NCBI RefSeq assembly: GCF_963506605.1
Contig: NC_083280.1
Span: forward strand, 41,974,001-42,038,000
Reading direction: 5' to 3'
Length of the DNA stretch: 64,000 nucleotides
From: Zootoca vivipara
Lineage: Eukaryota
The notes beneath the pieces were generated by a model. The model was given only the letters and a program-made list of their open reading frames with translations, did no database searches and had not been told where the DNA came from. Of this stretch, positions 43,701 through 52,228 are shown piece after piece (the stretch's first letter is position 1; each line of letters opens with the position of its first letter). The translations under genes were made by a program, and so were the position numbers.

Positions 43701-46700
43701 ATTTTATAAACACTGTGTTGTGTATTTCTTTTAAGAGGGACAAAGGGGACCTTTGCCAGGAAGTGTAATATTGAACTATAAAGTGTAATATTGTTATAGA
43801 GATTCTAGCGAATCTAACGCACATGCTTTGCTGCGCACAAAAGGGGAATGTCACTCTGCTAATATTGGAAGCTTGCTAACACAAGCTTGGATAGGATCTA
43901 TCTAATAATATATCCTAATCCACATCCCTAACATTCCCATAAAGGGTTATGGCGGCCCAGGACTGCGTATTTTTGTGTATTTTTGAAGGATTGCTTTGGA
44001 TTGTGATTTTTGAACTGAGTAGGATTTTTTCAGTTAGAACTTCCTGGTGAGCACATGGTCTATTGTTCTCCAGTGTGCCTAGGGGATTAGCTACCCCTCC
44101 CCTCCCTCAGAGTTTACAGCACTGAGAACTCAGAGGCAGTGAAGATTATTTTGCATTTTGAGATATTTTTAGAGATTTTGATTTTGGAATTTTTGGCAAA
44201 TTTTTGAATTTTGAGAAATTTTTAGAAGTTTGAGATTCCAAGATGGCTTTTGCAGATTTTGATAGTGGAGTTAACCTAGGATTAATGGCTTTAGATGACC
44301 ACAATTACGTATTTTGGAAACAACGCCTGATAGCATTTTTAGATGCAAGGAATGTTTTGGATGCCATTGAAAATCCTATGCCTACTGGCGAAACAGAAGA
44401 GGATTTAGCAAAGATAGCAACTTGGAAACGCATGAACAGCGAGGCAAGACACATAATTTTGAGTGGACTTCGCAACAGGCATCTAACATCAGTTAATAGC
44501 AAAGATGATGCAGCTAAAATCTTAAAAGATATTGAGCGCAGGTATGGAGCATCTACTAAGAACTCCTACAGGAATTTGATGAGCAAATTAACTGCGCTGA
44601 GGATGAATTCAAGAGAAGAATTCACTGACCATATCAGCAAATTTAGTGAAATTGTTCAGAGGATTGATCTTACTACTAAAGCCCTTGATGAAGAAACAAA
44701 GGTTTCATTTTTGATAGCATCTCTAGGACCAAGCTTCAGTTCATTCAAGAGTTGCATGGATCACAAAAAGGACCTGACTTTTGAAGAACTGATTGATCAT
44801 TTGAGAGAGGAATGCAGAGATTACCTTGATTCTTCAGAAAGGAATACAGGGAGAAAGGACACTAATTATACTTCCAAGCATTTTCAAAGGTCCAGACAAA
44901 TGCCAAAGGAAATAATTTGCTTTAACTGCAATTTAAAAGGGCACATGGCGAAGGAATGCCGGGCACCTAGGAATAAATCCCGCCCCTTTCCACCAAAAGG
45001 CGAAAAGAAGGGGGGTCGTGGGCGTGCAATGATATTGCAAGAAAGAAATGTAGCTTTCCAGAGCTGTGAAGGAAAGCGCAATAAGTGGCTTCTGGACAGT
45101 GCAGCAAGCAGCCATTTCTGTTATAAAAGGGAATATTTCAATGAAATAGACAATAATAAACAGTCTGAGATTGAAATTGCTGATGGAAATGTTATAAAGT
45201 CAATAGGTGCAGGATCTTTGAACTTGAATTTCAAAGTGAACAATGAGTCTTTTGATACTACAGTGAGTAATGTTAAGTATGCACCAAAGCTGAACTGTAA
45301 CCTAATAAGTGTGTCTAGCTTGGACAAGAAAGGTTTTGAAATTATATTTAAAAATGGACAATGCAATGTGATAAAAGATGGTGAAGTGTTTATTCAAGCC
45401 AAACTAATCAATGATGTGTATGAGATTGATATTTCAGAGAATGAGTCTGCAAGGGTTGCACAACCCAGCAAAAAGGATCAACCAGATCTGGAACTCTGGC
45501 ACAAAAGGCTTGGACACAGGGATACCAACCTTATCCTGAAAATGCAGAAGGAAAATCTGGTAAAAGGTCTACAGGTAAAGAATTGCAGTACACCAATGCC
45601 AAACTGTACAACTTGCATAACTGAAAAGGCAGTCAAGCCTTCCTTCCCACATTGTACAGAGAAGAGAAGCACAAAAGTCATGGACACTGTTCATACTGAC
45701 CTATGTGGTCCGCTGAATGTACCTTCCCTAGGAAACAATAAGTACATTCTGATATTTATAGATGACTTCTCAAGATATTGTGTTGGATATTTTCTAGAGG
45801 AAAAGAGTCAGACACCGGAATTGTTCAAACTGTACTTAAACATGGTGAAGAACAAATTCCAGAGAGCTCCTTCCACCTTAATTTCGGATAATGGTGGAGA
45901 GTTTTGCTCACGGCAGATGAAGGCCATCATGGCACAAGAAGGCATAGCACATGTAACTACAGTTGCTTACACGCCTCAACAGAACTCCATTGCTGAGAGA
46001 AAGTTTAGGTCTATTATGGAGATGACAAGGTGCATGTTAAAAGAGGCCAACTTGTCACAGAAGCTATGGGGTGAAGCGGCGAATACGGCGATTTATTTGC
46101 AAAACAGATTGCCTACAAAGGGTGCAGAACGCACACCATTTGAACTTTGGCACGGGAGAGTCCCAAGTCTGCAGCACATACGTGTGTTTGGAAGTGTCTG
46201 TTATTACCACGTGCCCAAAGAGCGCAGACACAAGCTTGACTCCAGAGCAAAAGCAGGTATCCTGGTTGGATATGCTCCTGGAGGAAAGGGATATAGAGTT
46301 CTAGATCCAAAGAGTGGCAGAGTAGACCCATACCATGTGGTTCATTTTGATGAACAGGGAAAGTTTGATACAAAGAACACAGTTATTGACTGTTCTAGAG
46401 AGTCACCAGATGAAGAGTTTATAAGTTTTCCTTTAGCACAAGGAACTAATATACCTCCTAGTGTCACAACACCCCCTACAGGCGACACCCCAGAAGACGC
46501 AGAGGTCCAGACCCCTGGCGGCACCAGAGACGAAGAGGAGGAGCTGTACGTGGACATGCCAGCGTTGGAGGAGGATGAGGATGCTGATGCGGTTGCACAA
46601 CCAGAGGTCAGATGCTCATCCAGAACTAACAAGGGCGTTCCGCCACTACGACTGTCCTACTTTGCAGGGTCGGCGTCTCCACCAGAACCTTCCACTTGGG

Positions 46701-49700
46701 AAGAGGTAGAGCAGATGCCAGCCACCGAAGCCAGTCTCTGGAGGAAAGCCGCGCAGAAGGAGATTGACGCACTGCACAAGAACAAGACCTGGACACTCAC
46801 AGAATTGCCTGCTGGTAAGAAAGCAATTGGGAGCAAATGGGTGTTCAAGGTTAAAAGGGGTTCAGAAGGGGAGGTGCAACGTTACAAAGCAAGACTAGTG
46901 GCACAAGGTTTTTCACAGCAATATGGCCACGACTATGACCAAGTCTTTGCACCGACAGTGAGATACAGTAGCGTAAGATTACTTTTAAGCATCGCAGCAT
47001 CTAAAGGGATGGAGGTGAAACACATCGATATAGCTACTGCGTTTTTGCATGGGGAAATTTCTGAAGAAATTTACATGAAGCAGCCTAAAGGTTTTATAAA
47101 GCCAAATGAGGCACATTTGGTTTGCAAGCTTCAAAAGGGACTGTATGGTTTAAAACAAGCAGCCAGAGCCTGGAACTTGAAATTGCATGGAATGCTGGTG
47201 AAACTTGGGTACAAGCAAGGTGAAGCTGACAAGTGTTTGTACACTAAGCAGAGTAATGGACAATTTTCTTATATTCTTGCCTTCGTTGACGACCTTTTAA
47301 TCGCAACGTCAAATGACAGGGATTATAAAAATGTAGTCCAGCACCTCAACAAGGAAGTGCAAGTGAAGGAATTAGGACCAGTTGAGTATTACCTCGGGAT
47401 TCAAGTGGAAAGAGAACAGGATGGTTCATTTCTACTCAATCAGAAGCAAAAGATAATTGAACTGTTGGAGAGTATGCAATTGCAGGATGCAAAACCCGTC
47501 GACACCCCGATGGCTACAGACTTCTTAAAGAACCAAGAGGATTCGAAGCTGCTGCCAAACAACACAGAGTATCGTTCAGCAATTGGTAAACTTTTGTATT
47601 TAGTTACCACATGCAGACCTGATTTAGCCAATGCAGTAGGGATTCTCAGCAGGAAAGTGAGTAGTCCCACTGAGCATGATTGGGTTGGTGTGAAGAGGGT
47701 GGTTCGATATCTTAAGGGTACAATGGATTGTAAATTAAAGTTACCAGCTCTCAGTGACCCTAAGCTCATTGGGTACACTGATGCTGACTGGGCGGGTGAT
47801 AATTCTGATTATAAATCCACAAGCGGGCATGTCTTTATGTATGGGGGCGGAGCTATTACATGGGGCAGTTATAAACAGAAATGTATAGCTTTATCGTCTA
47901 CAGAATCGGAATATGTTGCGGCTACAGAAGCGTGCAGAGAGATTTCCTGGCTGGACCAACTCCTAACAGACTTTGGCGTGGAGAGAAAGGAACCTATAAG
48001 CCTGCTGGAGGACAACCAAAGCTGTCTAAAGCTGGCGCAGAATGAGAAGTTCCTAGCACGCTCAAAACACATTGGGGTCAGGTACCACTACGTTCGCCAG
48101 ATGATACAAGATGGACTTGTCGAACTGTCGTACTGCTGCACATCGGAGATGACAGCAGACATCCTAACAAAACCCCTGCCAAGACAGAGTTTCCAGAACC
48201 TGCGTGTCAAGCTGGGACTCTTGGGTGGTTGAATAAAGTTGCTTATGTTTTGTTTTGTATGTAATGAATGTTGTGAATTGCCTGAGAAGGGGTTTGTGGG
48301 ATGGAACACTGGGGCAGACAAGTCACAACAGTTCCTAGAGTGTCCACTAACAGGAACTCACCTGGAGGGACACCTGACTACAGGTCAGTTCCTGTTCCCT
48401 CAGACATGCAAATGAGTTGGATTAGACAAAAGCCCTAGCCTGCAATCACACTCTCTCTTAGCTACTTCCTCCCTCGATGAGGACACATCTCCAGAGAATC
48501 TCTAGTTAGCATGGTTCTCACTCTAGGCCTGCAGCCAAGAGTGAGACCAAATGGAGTCTTACTTTACTAAGTAGTCTCTAGATATATATGTACTTGTAAC
48601 TTTTCTAAGCAAGCCTGCCTTTCTGAGATTATGCTGTAACTCAGGATGAAACTGTAAGTAAACTCTATCTTATTTTATAAACACTGTGTTGTGTATTTCT
48701 TTTAAGAGGGACAAAGGGGACCTTTGCCAGGAAGTGTAATATTGAACTATAAAGTGTAATATTGTTATAGAGATTCTAGCGAATCTAACGCACATGCTTT
48801 GCTGCGCACAAAAGGGGAATGTCACTCTGCTAATATTGGAAGCTTGCTAACACAAGCTTGGATAGGATCTATCTAATAATATATCCTAATCCACATCCCT
48901 AACATTCCCATAATCCCCAGCTATTGGTCATGTTGGCTAGGCATGATGGGATTTGAGAGTCCAACAACATCTAGAGGACACCCCAAAGTCCAGAATAATC
49001 TTAGCTTTGATTAAAGGGCACACAGTACTTTCTGACCCTGAAGACACCTAATATATGCCAAATAGCGTAGCACTTTCCTTTAGGGTTGGTTTCATTTCAT
49101 GCATAAACTAATTTGTCTTGCTGGACAATTGCTTCCTTAAACCCATTTCATTTCCTGCAGCTCTCCTCTATTTTAGAGCAGGAAAAAATAATTATATCTG
49201 GCTTTATCTCACAAAGATGTGCAAAAAAGGTATTTTGTGCTGCTGTACCTTACTTTAGAACATAGTGTTTTTCAGAAGTCTGTTGGCTGCCCTAGCTGTC
49301 TCAGAGCAGTACTGTGCCGTATTCTTAACTAATCTCTCCATGCGTTTTGTAGGGTACAAAGTGGCCTTTCCCCCCATATGAACAAGCCATTTCAGAAGCA
49401 ATTAATTTAGAATACTTTGCTAAAGTTTAGTTAACTTGGAAATGCAAGCCATGGAAATCAACTGTCTGCTTTGAAAGCACCTTTTTGCCTTATCTCAGCA
49501 TGCTTCATGCCAGTGCCATCCCATTCACCCACCTTTCAGACTGCCAGTCCCGAGAACTAGTTTTCCAGCGCCATAGATTTGTGATTCCCACAAGTAGCAA
49601 AATACTGGCTGCAAGTAAGAGGCCCAGCAGGCCCAGCCGCTGACGGAGACAAAGGCTCACTGAAGGCACTGTGAAGTGCCAAGATGCTGGACACAGGCAG

Positions 49701-50960
49701 GAAAAACTGATCCTGGAAGAGGGGGAAAATCAGATTAAACAGTTGTTAAACGTCTAGCAAAGCCTCATCAGTCAGCCACAGGTACTAGCCAACAAAATGA
49801 TCTTAGAAATCCAAGTGCTGAAGCTTCCAACGTACACAGCTAAACCAGCACAGCCTACAGCTGGAAGTTTGGAACAGGAGGGTCCTTCTTCCAAAGCAGC
49901 TGGGAATGTAACAAGGTGCAGACGAGACCCATGTGAGTACCGAGTACTGCAGTCTTAAAAAGACATTTTAACGGCATTGGCAACCTTGCATCTAAACAAG
50001 CCAGTTGAGTCAGCTAGCAATAGCTTGCAATTAATCACCAACAATGCAAGCCTATGCATGTTCATTCAGAAGTACATCCTACTATATTCATTGGGCTTAC
50101 TCCCCAGAATTGCAGCCATAATCATTAACACAGCTTTGTGGAAGGACACACATGACCTGCATTGTACATTTTCAATCTTTCCTAACTTGCACGTGGGCCG
50201 TTCCCACTTCCCCTTTCCCAACCATTCATTTGGGACTTGAATAATAATGGGGTTAAAGTGCTGGGAAACAATCACAGGTACTCTGCGGAGACCACGTGGA
50301 AACACTCAGGCTGCCCTTCTACCCTGCACCGATTAGCACCAAGCTGTGATCTTTGAACTTAAGTGGCTGCTAGCCAGGTTGGCTGTAACAGCAGAGGTTT
50401 TTAAGACATACGAGCCTCACAGAGGGAGCAAGGGAAGAGGCTAACAGCGTCATTGTAACTAGGGTCACCAGGGGCAGGGTAGCAGAAAAGAAGGGTAGAT
50501 AACGCTGTGCATATCCCAATCTCTGAGCGGCAAGAAAAGATCGCGCCATGAGCACAAAACAAAAGGCAACGCCAAAGCTCTCAGGAAGAATCCCTGCAGC
50601 AAAGCAGTTCTAAATGCAAAAGCCCCGTCCCAAAGCCATGCCGATCAACAAACAATCTCGAACCTAGATCAGTTCTGGGCTATATCTGGTTTTCAAATCA
50701 AGAGATCTTTGTGTGATCCTTCCGTTTCTTTTTTGGTCTTCCCCTGCGCTTGTGGGTCTGGGGTCTCAAACTCCAGTCCCCAAGGCTCCCACAGCGCACC
50801 TGCTCTCCCAGCGGCATCAAGGTCGCCGCCGCCCTGCCTAGCAGCCGGGAAGCGACCCACGCCCACGGGGTACGACAAGGAGGAAGCTGGCAACGACGAA
50901 AAGGAGACGGCGCGGGTAATCCGGAGGGGGGCCCGCGATCCCATCGCCTCACCTGGCCAT
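34703..50960 (-). CDS. ENTPD7: Ectonucleoside triphosphate diphosphohydrolase 7, 12 coding exons, about 602 aa
   Basis: Coding exons: 50953-50960, 49533-49712, 39521-39726, 39242-39392, 37801-37904, 37482-37538, 36963-37111, 36710-36876, 36096-36420, 35929-36014, 35613-35774, 34703-34916. The 1809 nt are in frame. Apyrase regions: DCGSSGSR, CTAGMR, EGVYAWIGINF, DMGGAS, WTLG. The 5' UTR extends to 51054, with an upstream exon donor at about 51333. Confidence 0.95.
38284..38589 (+). mobile_element. L2 3'-end fragment
   Basis: RTLRS...RAFSVVAPALWNALP...FRRHLK-like remnant, then AATAAA and a (TAG)n tail. Confidence 0.8.
40819..41076 (-). mobile_element. 5'-truncated Sauria SINE
   Basis: Reverse-complement match to the 3' part of 6864-7217. 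13-bp TSD ACAGTAATTGGTA at 40806-40818 and 41077-41089. Confidence 0.9.
43324..43941 (+). repeat. Copia 5' LTR
   Basis: Direct repeat of 48295-48912; one substitution seen by eye. Confidence 0.95.
44243..48232 (+). CDS. Copia Gag-Pol polyprotein (1329 aa): Gag, CCHC, protease, integrase, RT, RNase H
   Basis: Gag knuckle CFNCNLKGHMAKEC; protease WLLDSAASSH; integrase LWHKRLGH..CTTC, DDE (HTDLCGP, SDNGGEF, AERK) and GKGY; RT YKARLVA, LYGLKQ, FVDD; RNase H DADW, EDN, ADILTK. The IN-before-RT order is diagnostic of copia. Confidence 0.97.
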   Translation: MAFADFDSGVNLGLMALDDHNYVFWKQRLIAFLDARNVLDAIENPMPTGETEEDLAKIATWKRMNSEARHIILSGLRNRHLTSVNSKDDAAKILKDIERRYGASTKNSYRNLMSKLTALRMNSREEFTDHISKFSEIVQRIDLTTKALDEETKVSFLIASLGPSFSSFKSCMDHKKDLTFEELIDHLREECRDYLDSSERNTGRKDTNYTSKHFQRSRQMPKEIICFNCNLKGHMAKECRAPRNKSRPFPPKGEKKGGRGRAMILQERNVAFQSCEGKRNKWLLDSAASSHFCYKREYFNEIDNNKQSEIEIADGNVIKSIGAGSLNLNFKVNNESFDTTVSNVKYAPKLNCNLISVSSLDKKGFEIIFKNGQCNVIKDGEVFIQAKLINDVYEIDISENESARVAQPSKKDQPDLELWHKRLGHRDTNLILKMQKENLVKGLQVKNCSTPMPNCTTCITEKAVKPSFPHCTEKRSTKVMDTVHTDLCGPLNVPSLGNNKYILIFIDDFSRYCVGYFLEEKSQTPELFKLYLNMVKNKFQRAPSTLISDNGGEFCSRQMKAIMAQEGIAHVTTVAYTPQQNSIAERKFRSIMEMTRCMLKEANLSQKLWGEAANTAIYLQNRLPTKGAERTPFELWHGRVPSLQHIRVFGSVCYYHVPKERRHKLDSRAKAGILVGYAPGGKGYRVLDPKSGRVDPYHVVHFDEQGKFDTKNTVIDCSRESPDEEFISFPLAQGTNIPPSVTTPPTGDTPEDAEVQTPGGTRDEEEELYVDMPALEEDEDADAVAQPEVRCSSRTNKGVPPLRLSYFAGSASPPEPSTWEEVEQMPATEASLWRKAAQKEIDALHKNKTWTLTELPAGKKAIGSKWVFKVKRGSEGEVQRYKARLVAQGFSQQYGHDYDQVFAPTVRYSSVRLLLSIAASKGMEVKHIDIATAFLHGEISEEIYMKQPKGFIKPNEAHLVCKLQKGLYGLKQAARAWNLKLHGMLVKLGYKQGEADKCLYTKQSNGQFSYILAFVDDLLIATSNDRDYKNVVQHLNKEVQVKELGPVEYYLGIQVEREQDGSFLLNQKQKIIELLESMQLQDAKPVDTPMATDFLKNQEDSKLLPNNTEYRSAIGKLLYLVTTCRPDLANAVGILSRKVSSPTEHDWVGVKRVVRYLKGTMDCKLKLPALSDPKLIGYTDADWAGDNSDYKSTSGHVFMYGGGAITWGSYKQKCIALSSTESEYVAATEACREISWLDQLLTDFGVERKEPISLLEDNQSCLKLAQNEKFLARSKHIGVRYHYVRQMIQDGLVELSYCCTSEMTADILTKPLPRQSFQNLRVKLGLLGG
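48295..48912 (+). repeat. Copia 3' LTR
   Basis: Direct repeat of 43324-43941, followed by the TSD ATCCC at 48913-48917. Confidence 0.95.
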
Positions 50961-51339
50961 GTGCTCGCCCCGCAGTCCGTCAGCTTCCAGTGCGGGTCCC
51001 GGGAAGAAGTAGCATTTCTTTCGGCCGCTCCAAGCTGCCGGATGGCACTGGACCCTGAAAAAGAAAGGAAGAGACGGAGTGGTTAAACCAGCGACCAGCG
51101 CCGACGACCTCCCCGCCTCCACCCTCTGAAAGGGCCACAAAATCGGTCCGTTAATTAATGGTCCGCATTTCATCCCATGCTGAGAGCAGTTTCAGAGAGA
51201 AAAGAAAGAGAAACGCGCCTCTCGCCGCAGAGGAGGCTCCTCCGCCCCGGCAGCGCCGCGGTTCCCTTTCCACACAGGCAGCGCTCCTTTCCCCCGCTTT
51301 CCCGGGGAGCCGACTTGCCGCTTCCTTCTTACCGCGCTC

Positions 51340-52228
51340 GTCGTCCGGCACCACGACTTCGTCGGCCCTTTGCTCCAGCCACGTCCCCAGGGCGACCAGG
51401 CTCGGCGGCAGCAGCAGCAGCCAATGGCAGAGCCCGTGTAAGGTTGACGCAACGGAACCGAGTCAGCCTGGGCTCCGCCTCTCGCGGCGGGCAGCCAACC
51501 AACTGCGCTTATCGAAGGGCACGCCGTGGTTTCCAGGACGGGACCCGATACTCTCCTCAAGTGTCTTTCTGTAATTTCCAACACGTCACAAGTTCTGGGC
51601 CAACCCGGCGAGGGTCATTCGGGCGGGTTTTTGTTACGTCATGCGTATATTGCCCAATTCGTAGGCCCAAGGGTGGGTTTTCAACGTACACTTCTTTTTT
51701 TCTCCGTGGGCCTCGTCTTCGCCGGGACGCGCAAGCGCCCTGTTGCCCATTCGCAGCTGCCTGTCAACCCTAACACTGCATGTTTGGTCCATCAGTGTAC
51801 TGTATAGGCATATTCTTCCCACGGCAACGTCATCACTGAAAGCAAGCCAACCAACATCCACAAACAAACCCCACGCACCATAGAAAACTGCGCAGCCTTA
51901 TTACAAGCCTGTCACTTTGAGCGGCAGGCATCATAGCCAATGCTTTTCTCCTTTTCCCCACGTATAGCGAATAAAGCGAAAAAGTAGCCAATCGGGTGAG
52001 GAACGAACGAAAGGTCAAAGAGGTATTGCCCAATATCCTCCCTGGATAGGCGGGAGATAGGACCGACTTTAGCCAATGGAAGCGAGCGTGAATCGCAGGC
52101 TACCAATGGACATTGGCTCGGGGCGGCGCGAAAACCGTCAGCGGCCAATGAGTGACGTCCATGGGCGGGGCGGACAGAGCGGGAGCCGCAGGACCGAGTG
52201 TGCAGCCCGCAACGGACTCGGCGGTGCC
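51340..52228. promoter_or_regulatory. Shared CpG island / divergent promoter region for ENTPD7 and SLC25A28
   Basis: CCAAT boxes at 51421, 51937, 51988, 52030, 52073, 52103, 52112 (reverse) and 52145. CRE-like TTACGTCA at 51634-51641; GC boxes. Confidence 0.75.

Larger units (their letters stand above)
43324..48912 (+). mobile_element. Full-length Ty1/copia LTR retrotransposon in an ENTPD7 intron (antisense to host)
   Basis: 618-bp LTRs at 43324-43941 and 48295-48912; 5-bp TSD ATCCC; PBS at 43944-43960; PPT GAGAAGGGG at 48284-48292; single long ORF. Confidence 0.97.

Noticed and set aside
45569-45580. Splice donor (CAG|GTAAAG) for a copia subgenomic gag-protease RNA
   Set aside because: Plausible by analogy to Drosophila copia, but no convincing matching acceptor was identified.
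51158-51807. Long ORFs in the CpG islands (also 19511-19968, 60195-60812, 61362-61763, 61848-62579)
   Set aside because: Stop-poor GC-rich frames, or frames antisense to real exons, with no recognisable protein features.
52076-52228. N-terminally extended SLC25A28 from upstream in-frame ATGs
   Set aside because: Those ATGs overlap CCAAT boxes, probably upstream of the TSS. ATG 52229 has a strong Kozak context and gives the MEL start of orthologs.
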